Origin: an uncultured Chloroflexia bacterium
Lineage (GTDB): Bacteria; Chloroflexota; Limnocylindria; Limnocylindrales; CSP1-4
Assembly (NCBI GenBank): GCA_963828165.1
Contig: CAWHDR010000001.1
Coordinates: 2,688,001-2,752,000 of the forward strand
Reading direction: 5' to 3'
Length of the DNA: 64,000 bases
Shown: in pieces, positions 35,643 to 45,028 of the stretch
Layout of the letters: each line of letters begins with the position of its first letter
Position numbering within the stretch: position 1 is the stretch's first letter
Translations under genes and position numbers: made by a program
Notes under the pieces: generated by a model
The model's database searches: none
What the model was told of the DNA's origin: nothing
Seen by the model: the letters and a program-made list of their open reading frames with translations, nothing else

Positions 35643-36426
35643 GGTCGTGGTCGCCGCCAACTGGAAGATGCATACGACCCCGGCAGATGCGGGTGACCTT
35701 GCCCGGACGATCGCCGCGCGGACGCGCGAGGCCGGCGTGACGCGGGTCATCTGCCCGCCCTACCTCTGCCTTGCTGCAGTCGGGACCGCCCTCGCAGAGG
35801 CGGACCCGGACGTCGCGGTAGGGGCGCAGAACGTCCACCACGAGCTGGCGGGGGCCTACACCGGCGAGGTCTCCGCCCCGATGCTCGCCGGCCTGGCGAC
35901 GTGGGTGATCGTCGGCCACTCGGAGCGGCGACGGGATGCCGGAGAGACGGACGAGCAGATCGGTCGCAAGCTCGATCGGGCCGTCGATGCGGGCCTCCGG
36001 CCGATCCTGTGCGTCGGCGAGCAGCTCGGCGAGCGAGAGGCCGGGCTCGCCACGGACGTCGTCGACCGTCAACTGCGCGGCGCCCTTGCCGGTCGCGACC
36101 TCGCGGAGACGAGCGCCGCCGGCCTCGTGGTCGCCTACGAGCCGGTCTGGGCGATCGGCACCGGCCGCAACGCGACCGGTGCGGACGCCGCCGCGATGTC
36201 CGACACGATCAGGGCCAGCCTCGGGGCGCTGGGCTGGGGCGACTTCGCCGCCGCCCTCCCCGTCCTGTACGGCGGCAGCGTCACGTCGACGAACATCGAC
36301 ACGTTCCTCGCCGAGCCGTCCATCGACGGAGCGCTCGTCGGTGGCGCGTCGCTCAAGCCGGACGAGATGGCGGGGATCGTCGCACGAGCCGGCATGACGG
36401 CCCGGGCCCGCGGCCTGGCCGGCTGA
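35635..36426 (+). CDS. tpiA: Triosephosphate isomerase
   Basis: ANWKM, GHSERR, AYEPVWAIGTG, LYGGSV, LVGGASL. Confidence 0.98.
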   Translation: MREVVVAANWKMHTTPADAGDLARTIAARTREAGVTRVICPPYLCLAAVGTALAEADPDVAVGAQNVHHELAGAYTGEVSAPMLAGLATWVIVGHSERRRDAGETDEQIGRKLDRAVDAGLRPILCVGEQLGEREAGLATDVVDRQLRGALAGRDLAETSAAGLVVAYEPVWAIGTGRNATGADAAAMSDTIRASLGALGWGDFAAALPVLYGGSVTSTNIDTFLAEPSIDGALVGGASLKPDEMAGIVARAGMTARARGLAG

Positions 36427-36433
36427 CCGGCCC

Positions 36434-38056
36434 GTGACGGACACCGCCCGCCGGGCCGGGACGCGGCCCCGACCGATCGTGCTCGTCGTACTCGACGGGT
36501 TCGGGATCGGCGACGGCGGTCCGGGCGATGCGATCGCGGCGGCACCCATGCCGACGTGGCGAGGGCTGCTCGCCACGTGGCCCCATAGCGTGCTGCGCGC
36601 GTCGGAGGACGCGGTGGGGCTCCCGCCGGGCCAGATGGGCAACTCGGAGGTCGGACACCTGAATCTTGGGGCCGGCCGGCCCGTGCTCCAGGACCTGCCG
36701 CGGATCGACGCGGCGATCGAAGATGGTTCGTTCTTCACGAGGCCGGCGCTGCTCGCTGCGTGCGAACGGGGGCGCGCCGACGGCGTCCTTGACATCGTGA
36801 GCCTCATCGGCCCCGGCGGCGTGCACGCCAACGACCGGCACCTCGTCGCGCTCGTGCAGCTGGCCGCGCGCGAGGGCGTTCCCCGGGTGCGCATCCACGC
36901 GCTGCTCGACGGTCGAGATACACCTCCGTCGTCGGCGGGCGGCTACGTGCTCGACCTCGAGTCCCGGCTGCGTGCCGCCCACTCGGGCGCCGCGATCGCC
37001 ACCGTCGGCGGGCGCTACTTCGCCATGGACCGCGACCGCCGCTGGGAGCGGGTCGAGTCGGGCTATGACGCCATCGTCCACGCCGAGGCGGCGCACCACG
37101 CGGTGTCGGCGTCGGCCGCCATCGATGCCGCCTACGCCCGCGGCGAGACCGACGAATTCGCCCGTCCGACGCTGATCGATGGCATCGCCGCGCCGCTCCC
37201 ACCCGGGCACCCGATCGTGATCGCCAACTTCCGCGCTGACCGGGCCCGTCAGCTGACCCACGCGCTGGTCGACGGGCCGGACTTCATGGGCTTCGACCGC
37301 ACGTCACCCGCGGGCCAGCCGGCGCCGGTCGACCTGCTCGTCGTGACGATGACCGAGTACGAGGAGGGGCTCTCGGCGCTCGTCGCCTTTCCGCCCGAGA
37401 CCGCCCGATCCCTCGCCCAGGCGATGAGCGAGGCCGGCTGGCACCAGTTCCACGTGGCGGAGACCGAGAAGTACGCGCACGTCACGTATTTCTTCAACGG
37501 CGGCGTCGAAACGCCCTGGCCGGGCGAGGACCGGCGGCTGATCCCGAGCCTCAAGGTAGCGACGTACGACCTGGCGCCCGCCATGTCCGCCGTCGGTATC
37601 ACCGACGCGCTCGTGGACGCCATCGATTCGAACGGGTACGACTTCATCGTGGCCAACTACGCGAACCCGGACATGGTCGGCCACACCGGAGTCTGGGATG
37701 CGACCATCGAAGGCCTGGCCGTCGTCGATGCGTCGCTGGCTCGAGTTGTCGAAGCGATCGAGCGGACGGAGCGGGCCGACCCGAGCGAGCCCGGCGGGTA
37801 CGCCGGCCCCGGAGCGATCCTGGCCGTCACGGCCGACCACGGCAATGCCGACGACCTGCGTGACGCCGATGGCCGACCCGTCACGGCCCACTCCCTGAAC
37901 CCGGTGCCCTTCCTGCTGATGGGCCGCCCGGTCGTCGGTCGGAGGCTCGTCGACGGGGTCCTCGCGGACGTCGCGCCGACGCTCCTCGAGCTCGCCGACC
38001 TCCCGACGTGGCCCGCCATCACCGGGCACTCGCTGCTGGCGCCCGACGGGAACTGA
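36434..38056 (+). CDS. gpmI: 2,3-bisphosphoglycerate-independent phosphoglycerate mutase
   Basis: LDGFG, GQMGNSEVGH, AETEKYAHVT, NPDMVGHTG, TADHGNA. Confidence 0.97.
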   Translation: MTDTARRAGTRPRPIVLVVLDGFGIGDGGPGDAIAAAPMPTWRGLLATWPHSVLRASEDAVGLPPGQMGNSEVGHLNLGAGRPVLQDLPRIDAAIEDGSFFTRPALLAACERGRADGVLDIVSLIGPGGVHANDRHLVALVQLAAREGVPRVRIHALLDGRDTPPSSAGGYVLDLESRLRAAHSGAAIATVGGRYFAMDRDRRWERVESGYDAIVHAEAAHHAVSASAAIDAAYARGETDEFARPTLIDGIAAPLPPGHPIVIANFRADRARQLTHALVDGPDFMGFDRTSPAGQPAPVDLLVVTMTEYEEGLSALVAFPPETARSLAQAMSEAGWHQFHVAETEKYAHVTYFFNGGVETPWPGEDRRLIPSLKVATYDLAPAMSAVGITDALVDAIDSNGYDFIVANYANPDMVGHTGVWDATIEGLAVVDASLARVVEAIERTERADPSEPGGYAGPGAILAVTADHGNADDLRDADGRPVTAHSLNPVPFLLMGRPVVGRRLVDGVLADVAPTLLELADLPTWPAITGHSLLAPDGN

Positions 38057-38105
38057 GGCCTCCTGTGATAGCATCGGCCGCCGTACGAACGGAGGTCAAC
38101 GACTC

Positions 38106-38339
38106 GTGAATCCAATCCTGGCCCTCGGCCAGATCATCGTCAGCATCGCCCTGATCGCGGCGATCCTGCTGCAGGCGCGTGGCACCGGCCTGTCCGGTAC
38201 CTTCGGTGGCGATTCCGCCGTGTACCGGAGCCGCCGTGGCGTCGAGCGACGACTGTGGCAGTTCACGATCGTCCTGTTGGTCCTGTTCGTCACCTTCTCG
38301 CTGGCGTCGTACATCCTCGCGCCCAGCACGACCGCCTGA
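38106..38339 (+). CDS. secG: Preprotein translocase subunit SecG
   Basis: ILLQARGTGLSGTFGG...RRGVERRL, two TM helices; GGAGG SD. Confidence 0.92.
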   Translation: MNPILALGQIIVSIALIAAILLQARGTGLSGTFGGDSAVYRSRRGVERRLWQFTIVLLVLFVTFSLASYILAPSTTA

Positions 38340-38384
38340 CGGCAGCGCCGCGGGCGATTCGCGGCACTCCCCGCACGGAGCGAC

Positions 38385-40137
38385 ATGACCCGAACCGATA
38401 CGTTCGTGGTCGGAACCCTCGTCCTGGTGCTCGCGCTTGTCGCGGCCCTCATCGGCGTCCCGGCCCTTCAGCTGTCCGCCTCGACCTCACCGCTCGCGTC
38501 CGCGCCGGGCGGCAGCGGTCCGGCGCCCGTGACGCGGCCTTACATCGAGGGTGCGCTGGGCGCGCCCGTGTCGGTCACGCCGCTCACCGCGCGGACCCAG
38601 GTCGACCGCGACCTGGTGGCACTGCTGTTCTCCGGCCTGGTGCGCAACGGTCCGGACGGCACACTCGTGCCCGACCTCGCCGAGCGTTGGTCGGTGGACA
38701 CGAGCGGCAAGACCTGGACGGTTGACCTGCGCGACGACGCGCGCTGGCATGACGGCCAGCCGGTCACGAGCGACGACGTGCTGTTCACGATCGAGACGCT
38801 CAAGGATCCGTCGTATGCCGGTCCCTCGTCGACCTCGTGGAGCGAGGTCACGGTCACTGCCAGCGGACCGCACCGCGTGGTCTTCACGCTGCGAGACGCC
38901 CCTTGGTGGCTTCCTGCAGGCCCTCACCCAGCCGCTCGCTCCGGCGCACCTCCTGGGAGACGTGCCGGTCGATGCCCTGGCCGATGACCCGTTCGGCCAG
39001 CAGCCACTGGGCTCCGGGCCGTTCGCCCTGGTCGAGCTGACCGATGACTCAGCTTCGCTCGTGCCGGCAGGCGACTTCGCCCCCGTGGAGGAGGACCCAT
39101 CGGCCATCCCCTCGTCGCCCGCGCCCCCCGATTCCCTGGGCACCCCCGTCCCGACCGATCGCCCGTCGCGCCCCCAGCCGTACCTGGCGGGCATCGAGTT
39201 CCGGTTCTACGACGACAGCGCCGAGCTGGCGGCCGACTTCCGAAGCGGCGTCGTGGATGGGGCGTCGGGGATCACCCGCCAGGAGGCGGCCGGGCTTGGC
39301 TCCGCGGCGGGTACGCGCCTGCTGCGCTACCCGGGCGCCACGCTCACCACGGTCCTGCTGAATCTCCGGCCCACACACCCGGAGTTCGCGTCGCCCGCGG
39401 TCCGGACAGCCCTCCTGCAGGCGATCGACCGCGTCCGGCTCATCGACGAGGCGTACGCGATGTCCGCGGCGAGTGCCACCAGTCCGATCCCGCCGTCGTC
39501 GCCGATGTTCGACGCGGCGGCCGATCCGGTCGTGCCCTACGACCGGTTCGGGGCGAGTCGAGCCCTGACCAAGGCGGGATGGGAGCACAAGGACGACGGC
39601 TGGTACCTGCCCGACGCGAAGCAGCCCATCAAGCTCGAGGTCGTGAGTCCGACGCAGGGCACCAATCCGGGCCTCTTCGCCGCAGCGGAGGCGGTGGTCC
39701 GCGACTGGACGGCCCTCGGGTTCAAGGTGACCCACGTACCGCTGCCGCCCGCGGAGTTCGTGACTGACCGGCTCGCGACCGGGACGTTCCAGGCCGCGGT
39801 GGTCGATGTCACGGTGGGCCTGGACCCTGACCTCTATCCGCTCCTCGCGTCGAGCCAGACGCTGACGGGCGGATCGAACGTCATGGGTGTCCAGGATCCG
39901 GAGCTCGACGCGTTGCTGGTCAAGGCGCGCGCGCCGGGCACCGAGGCGGCGCGAACGGCCGCCTACAGCGAGCTGCAGAAGCAGCTGGCGAAGGGTCGAT
40001 ACGTGCTCCCGCTGGCCTTCGCGGACGAGGTCGTGGTGGCCCACGACGCGCTCGAAGGACCCGTTCTGCGGCAAGCTTCGGACCCCTCGGATCGATTTTG
40101 GGATGTGCTAACATGGCGCCTCGCCGTCGACCGGTAG
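38385..40137 (+). CDS. Family 5 (peptide/nickel) ABC substrate-binding protein, apparent +1 frameshift near 38891
   Basis: LFSGLV...PDLAERW...WHDGQPVTSDDVLFT, then next frame ETPLGGFL...GSGPF...VRTALLQAIDR. Confidence 0.85.
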
Positions 40138-40156
40138 CGGTCAATAGCGGGTCCGT

Positions 40157-40242
40157 GCCGAGGTGGCGGAATGGCAGACGCGCTGGTTTCAGGTACCAGT
40201 GGCCGCAAGGTCGTGTGGGTTCGAGTCCCTCCCTCGGTACCA
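40157..40242 (+). tRNA. tRNA-Leu(CAG)
   Basis: GCCGAGG acceptor, loop TTCAGGT, long variable arm, GTTCGAGTC, CCA. Confidence 0.95.
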
Positions 40243-40275
40243 TTCCCCTCGGACCGCTGAACGGCGAACACCTGG

Positions 40276-40360
40276 GCCCAGGTGGCGGAATTGGTATACG
40301 CGTACGTTTGAGGGGCGTATGAGGCAACTCATCCGGGTTCAAGTCCCGGCCTGGGCACCA
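40276..40360 (+). tRNA. tRNA-Leu(GAG)
   Basis: GCCCAGG/CCTGGGC acceptor, loop TTGAGGG, variable arm, CCA. Confidence 0.95.
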
Positions 40361-40374
40361 TCTCGCACGCTCTG

Positions 40375-40401
40375 ACGACCGCCGACCGGGCGGTCGTTTC
40401 T
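40375..40401 (+). terminator. Intrinsic terminator after tRNA-Leu pair
   Basis: ACGACCGCC-N5-GGCGGTCGT followed by TTCT. Confidence 0.6.
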
Positions 40402-40449
40402 CATGTCCGCGGCCGACCCTCGCGCACGGCGTTGTAGGCTGCACGTCCC

Positions 40450-40523
40450 GGGCGGTTAGCTCAGTTGGTCAGAGCGCCTCGTTTACACCGAGGAAGTCGG
40501 GGGTTCGAGTCCCTCACCGCCCA
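40450..40523 (+). tRNA. tRNA-Val(TAC), CCA not encoded
   Basis: GGGCGGT/ACCGCCC acceptor, loop TTTACAC; -10 TAGGCT upstream. Confidence 0.95.
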
Positions 40524-40611
40524 CACCCTCCGGGCACGGAGGCTGGCCGAGGGGTCGGCATCAAGTGGTGCCCACGGGCAACGTAGACCCTCCGGACTGG
40601 CCCCAAAGTAC

Positions 40612-40640
40612 TGGACACCCCCGTACCCCACCGGGACAAT
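40612..40640 (+). promoter_or_regulatory. Putative promoter for the 40719 gene
   Basis: TGGACA-17 nt-GACAAT. Confidence 0.45.
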
Positions 40641-40718
40641 GTGCACCTGTTCGTGGGCAGTTCTGAACCGGATGCGTCCATGTGTCCGGTCGTGCACAGA
40701 TCTGGAGGGGAATGGTTC

Positions 40719-41135
40719 ATGAAGGTTCTTCGAGCATCGCTGGTCATTTCGGCGCTACTCGTCGGCATCCTGGCGCAGCCCGTGAGCGCGGCGCACTGGT
40801 CGTCGGTCACGGCAGTGAGCGGCAACCCGTCATGCGCGGGCGGCACGAAGATCGACCCCGTCGCCGACGGCACCTATGCGGTCAGCTTCGGCGGCTTCGC
40901 AGGCAGCATCACGATCGATGCAAGCTCGAGTTCGAGCGGCCCGGTCTTCTCATTCGACACCGACAACGATTCACATGTCGTGACGTCCGTCATGGTCAAG
41001 GGCGGCCGGAATGCGCTCCTGTACACCTACTCGCCTGGCACCCCGAACGACAGCGGATTGCATTCCCCGGTCAACCCGAACAATGGGAAGTACTACGGCC
41101 TGAGTCACCTGTGCTTCTTCACCGCGAAGAAGTAG
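40719..41135 (+). CDS. Small secreted beta-rich protein of unknown function
   Basis: GGAGGGG SD, Sec signal peptide ending VSA, GNPSC...VMVKGG...Y...SHLCF. Confidence 0.8.
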   Translation: MKVLRASLVISALLVGILAQPVSAAHWSSVTAVSGNPSCAGGTKIDPVADGTYAVSFGGFAGSITIDASSSSSGPVFSFDTDNDSHVVTSVMVKGGRNALLYTYSPGTPNDSGLHSPVNPNNGKYYGLSHLCFFTAKK

Positions 41136-41154
41136 CCTGACCGCCAGTACACTC

Positions 41155-41184
41155 AAACGCCCCCGGCAGTCGCCGGGGGCGTTT
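41155..41184. terminator. Intrinsic terminator
   Basis: AAACGCCCCCGGC-AGTC-GCCGGGGGCGTTT. Confidence 0.8.
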
Positions 41185-41210
41185 CCCTTGCCCCGCACAG
41201 GTCCGGATCG

Positions 41211-42011
41211 TTGCCAAGGAATACCCCCGTCGCTCGAGCGATCCGCGGGATCGTCCTCGCCCTCGTCGCCGTCGTCGCCGTCACGGTCGTGGCGGTGTTC
41301 TTCTCATCGCCCGGCGAGGACGGGTCGCGGCCGCTTCCGGTGCGTGTCAACCCGCTGCTGCCGGATCTCACCGTCGCCCCGCTCACGGGAATCGTCGGCG
41401 GGCTGAACGAGGACGGGACTCGCACCGTTCGGTTCGGCGTGATGATCGTCAACCAGGGAGCCGGCGATTTCGTCCTCCGCGCCAGGCGGTCGAATCTCCT
41501 TGCGGATGACTGGCGGGTCATCCAGCGGGTGCCGGAGACCGGCGGCGGCTACACGGAGACCGAGAGCCCTGCGACCCTGATCTACGGCGGCGACGGCCAC
41601 GAGCATTGGCACATCCGCGAGGTCGAGAGCCACACGATCGAGTCACTGGAGGGGGCGGTGCTCGGGAAGGTCGTCAAGAGCGGCTTCTGCTTCTTCGATA
41701 CCAACGCGGTCCATCCGGACTTGCCGGGAGCGCCGGGTGCCGGGGTGTACGTGTCCGCTGGCTGCGGTGGGCGGATCGACTCGGCCGCCACCATGGGCCT
41801 GTCGGTCGGCTGGGGCGACGAATACCCGTGGCACCTTTTCGAGCAGGAGATCGACATCTCGGCGCTGGAGGAAGGTCGATACCGTCTGCGCGCCGTCGTC
41901 GATCCTTTGGGCTGGTTCGACGAGGCAGACGAGACCAATAACGAGGTGTCGGTGGACATCGAGTGGCACCTCGAGGATGGCCTGCCCGCCATCGAGGTCG
42001 TCCCTGGCTAG
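41211..42011 (+). CDS. Lysyl oxidase-like protein, N-terminally membrane anchored
   Basis: LLPDL, RFGVMIVNQG, HEHWH, KSGFCFFDT, GLSVGWGDEY, IDI, VDP...EADETNN. Confidence 0.82.
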   Translation: MPRNTPVARAIRGIVLALVAVVAVTVVAVFFSSPGEDGSRPLPVRVNPLLPDLTVAPLTGIVGGLNEDGTRTVRFGVMIVNQGAGDFVLRARRSNLLADDWRVIQRVPETGGGYTETESPATLIYGGDGHEHWHIREVESHTIESLEGAVLGKVVKSGFCFFDTNAVHPDLPGAPGAGVYVSAGCGGRIDSAATMGLSVGWGDEYPWHLFEQEIDISALEEGRYRLRAVVDPLGWFDEADETNNEVSVDIEWHLEDGLPAIEVVPG

Positions 42012-42095
42012 ACGGAGACGACGGTCACGCGCGCGGTCGCGCGGTAGACTGGTACGGACGGGCGCCGAATCGCGCACCCGACCGGAGGAGGTCCA

Positions 42096-42665
42096 GTGGA
42101 CCCAGTCGTACTCATCGTCATCGGTGTCATCGTCGTCCTGGTCGTCCTGGCGATCGGCATCTACAACTCCCTGGTCCAGAAGCGCCTGCGCATCGACGAG
42201 GCGTTCGCCCAGATCGAGGTCCAGCTCAAGCGCCGTCACGACCTGATCCCGAACCTCGTGAACGCGGTCAAGGGCTACATGGGCTTCGAGCAGAAGGTCC
42301 TGACCGACGTCACCAACGCACGCGCCAACGCCGTCGCCGCCGGGGCGCAGGGGCCCGCCCAGCAGGCCGCCGCTGAGAACGCGCTGACCGGCACGCTGCG
42401 CTCGCTGTTCGCAGTCGTCGAGAACTACCCCGAGCTCAAGGCCAACCAGAACGTCCTGGAGCTCCAGGAGCAGCTGACGACGACCGAGAACCAGATCTCG
42501 TTCTCGCGCCAGCACTACAACGCGACAGTCCTCGACTACAACACGGCGATCGCGACGTTCCCGAACGTCCTGCTCGCCGGACCGCTGGGCTTCGCGAGGC
42601 GCGAGTTCTTCGACGCCGAGCCTGAGGCCGCCAACGTCCCGAACGTCGACCTCAGCCTGACCTGA
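42096..42665 (+). CDS. lemA: LemA family protein
   Basis: YNSLV...QLKRRHDLIPNLV...ENYPELKAN...RQHYN...TFP. Confidence 0.95.
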   Translation: MDPVVLIVIGVIVVLVVLAIGIYNSLVQKRLRIDEAFAQIEVQLKRRHDLIPNLVNAVKGYMGFEQKVLTDVTNARANAVAAGAQGPAQQAAAENALTGTLRSLFAVVENYPELKANQNVLELQEQLTTTENQISFSRQHYNATVLDYNTAIATFPNVLLAGPLGFARREFFDAEPEAANVPNVDLSLT

Positions 42666-42687
42666 CCCGCCGACCGCGGGAGGCACC

Positions 42688-43659
42688 GTGGCCGGCTCCT
42701 TCTACGACCAGATCGCCGCCAATCGGCGGAACTCGTTCCTCATGGCGGCGTTCGTCGTCGCCCTGCTGGGACTGCTCGGGTTCGCGACCGGGTTCGCCGT
42801 TTCGGGCGAACCCGCCGGTGGTCTTGCCGTCACCGTCGGCGCGCTGGTCCTCGGAAGCCTGGCCGGGATCGGGACGTATTTCGCGGGCGACTCGCTCGTG
42901 CTGTCGGTCAGCGGCGCGCGGGAGGTCGACGAGGCCGTTGCGCCGCAGCTGATGAACGTGGTGCGCGAGATGGCCATCGCCGCCAACGTGCCGATGCCGC
43001 GCGTCCATCTGATCGATGACACCGCGCCCAACGCGTTCGCGACCGGCCGCGACCCGAAGCACGCGTCGGTCGCGATCTCGACCGGGCTGCTCGAAAAGCT
43101 TGACCGCGAGGAGCTGCAGGGCGTCATCGCACACGAGCTTTCGCATGTGCGCAACCTCGACATCCGGTTCTCGCTCATCGTGGGGGTCATGGTCGGGGCC
43201 ATCGCGATCCTCGCCGACTTCTTCCTGCGGTTCACGTTCTGGGGCGGCGGCCGGCGCGATCGGGACAGTGGCGGAGGCGGGGGCGCCCAGACCATCGTCT
43301 TCATCCTCGCCATCGCACTGGCGATCCTTGCGCCGTTGATCAGCCGGTTCATCCAGCTCGCCGTGAACCGGCAGCGCGAGTACCTCGCAGATGCGTCCGC
43401 CGTGGAACTGAGTCGCAATCCGTACGGCCTGGAGCGGGCCCTGGCCAAGATCTCGGCCGATCCGGAGGTGCTCGAAGTCGCCAACCGCGGGACCCAGCAC
43501 ATGTACTTCACCAACCCGATCAAGAAGTTCGAGGAACGCGCGTCGGGGCTGATGTCGACCCACCCGCCGATCATCGACCGGATCAATCGGTTGCGTCAGC
43601 TCACCGGCGAAGCGCCCTTGGGCACAGCGGAACAGGCGCAACTCGCCGGTCTGGAGTAG
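42688..43659 (+). CDS. htpX: M48 zinc metalloprotease HtpX
   Basis: PNAFATG, HELSH, REYLADA, STHPP. Confidence 0.93.
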   Translation: MAGSFYDQIAANRRNSFLMAAFVVALLGLLGFATGFAVSGEPAGGLAVTVGALVLGSLAGIGTYFAGDSLVLSVSGAREVDEAVAPQLMNVVREMAIAANVPMPRVHLIDDTAPNAFATGRDPKHASVAISTGLLEKLDREELQGVIAHELSHVRNLDIRFSLIVGVMVGAIAILADFFLRFTFWGGGRRDRDSGGGGGAQTIVFILAIALAILAPLISRFIQLAVNRQREYLADASAVELSRNPYGLERALAKISADPEVLEVANRGTQHMYFTNPIKKFEERASGLMSTHPPIIDRINRLRQLTGEAPLGTAEQAQLAGLE

Positions 43660-43740
43660 GGGAGGGCTGCATGGCAAGGCCTCGAAGGGCCGTGGTATCC
43701 TGCCCTCCGCCGACGGGCAGCCAACGCGGTTGGCCATCGG

Positions 43741-43816
43741 GCCGAGGTAGCTCAGTCGGTAGAGCACGCGACTGAAAATCGCGGTGTCGCCAGTTCGATC
43801 CTGGCCCTCGGCACCA
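43741..43816 (+). tRNA. tRNA-Phe(GAA)
   Basis: Cloverleaf, loop CTGAAAA, CCA. Confidence 0.96.
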
Positions 43817-43840
43817 CCTTTCGAGGCGGTCGACCTCCGG

Positions 43841-43916
43841 GCGGAAGTGGCTCAGTTGGTAGAGCATCACCTTGCCAAGGTGAGGGTCGCGGGTTCGAGT
43901 CCCGTCTTCCGCTCCA
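43841..43916 (+). tRNA. tRNA-Gly(GCC)
   Basis: Cloverleaf, loop TTGCCAA, CCA. Confidence 0.96.
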
Positions 43917-43939
43917 TTCATCCTCCCCGAAGGCGCCGC

Positions 43940-44013
43940 TGCCCCTTCGTCTAGTGGTAGGACAGCGGACTTTGGATCCGTGAACCGAGGTTCGAATCCT
44001 CGAGGGGCAGCCA
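43940..44013 (+). tRNA. tRNA-Gln(TTG)
   Basis: TGCCCCT/AGGGGCA acceptor, loop CTTTGGA, CCA. Confidence 0.95.
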
Positions 44014-44047
44014 ACACCCGGATCGAACCCCGGGTAAAGTCTTGTCT

Positions 44048-44124
44048 GGCGACGTGGTGAAGTGGTTCAACACGGAGGTCTGCAAAACCTCTATTCACCG
44101 GTTCGAATCCGGTCGTCGCCTCCA
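44048..44124 (+). tRNA. tRNA-Cys(GCA)
   Basis: GGCGACG/CGTCGCC acceptor, loop CTGCAAA, U73, CCA. Confidence 0.95.
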
Positions 44125-44192
44125 CATCCCTGTCGCGACCGCGGCGAGTCCAGGGGCTCGAGAGGGCGACCTTCCGCTAGGCTTGGCGTTCG

Positions 44193-44278
<86 letters not shown>

Positions 44279-44451
44279 TCCCAGGTCGCAGATCGGAGCA
44301 TCGGCGACCCGACGGTCGCCGCGCGTGGTACCCGGGCAACAACGTCAGGTTGGCCGAGGGACCTGGTTCTCCGCCCCGCGGTGTACTGTGCGGGTCTCGC
44401 CCGCCCGGACGAACGCATCCTCGGCGGATCGGGAGAGGAGGAGATCGAGCG

Positions 44452-45003
44452 ATGAGAGCGTCAGCGATGGGAGCGTCGGCCCTGGCCGCGATCCTGTTCG
44501 CGGGCTGCACCGCCGCCCCGGGCGCGCCGCCGTCTCCCGACTCGACTGCGGTCACGGTCACCGCCGCACCTGCCACGTCGACGCCCAGCCCCTCGCCCAC
44601 GCCCACGACCGCGGCGGCATCTCCCGTGCTCAGCACGGTCTACACCGCCGACGACACGGAGATCGCCAAGCTGATCAAGGCCGGCGCCGACGAGGCGATC
44701 CCCGACCTCAAGGGCCTCAACAAGATGGACCCGAGCAAGCTCGAGGGCCAGTTCCTGCCCTTGGGCGAATGGATCACCAGCCAGAGAGAAGGCGTCGCGG
44801 CCTACACGCCGACGACCTGCACGGCGCCGGCGCTCGAGCGGTTCGTCGACGGGATCGACCAATACGACGCCATCCGGAAGCAGTTCCTGGCGTGGCGGGA
44901 CTGGGGTGCGACCGGGCATGCGTTCCCCGTAGCGGCTCCCGGCCAGGCAGTCGTGGCATTCGAAGAGGCGGTCGTCGAGCTCGAAGCCAGCTGTCCCACC
45001 TGA
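44452..45003 (+). CDS. Lipoprotein of unknown function
   Basis: GGAGGAG SD; lipobox LFAGC; Pro/Thr linker; helical domain with two Cys. Confidence 0.8.
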   Translation: MRASAMGASALAAILFAGCTAAPGAPPSPDSTAVTVTAAPATSTPSPSPTPTTAAASPVLSTVYTADDTEIAKLIKAGADEAIPDLKGLNKMDPSKLEGQFLPLGEWITSQREGVAAYTPTTCTAPALERFVDGIDQYDAIRKQFLAWRDWGATGHAFPVAAPGQAVVAFEEAVVELEASCPT

Positions 45004-45028
45004 GGATCAACCGGCGAGCCGGCGCGCG

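Noticed and set aside
40640-40698. Three-way junction closed by TGTGCAC/GTGCACA upstream of the 40719 gene
   Set aside because: The 5' strand overlaps the predicted -10/TSS and so is probably not transcribed
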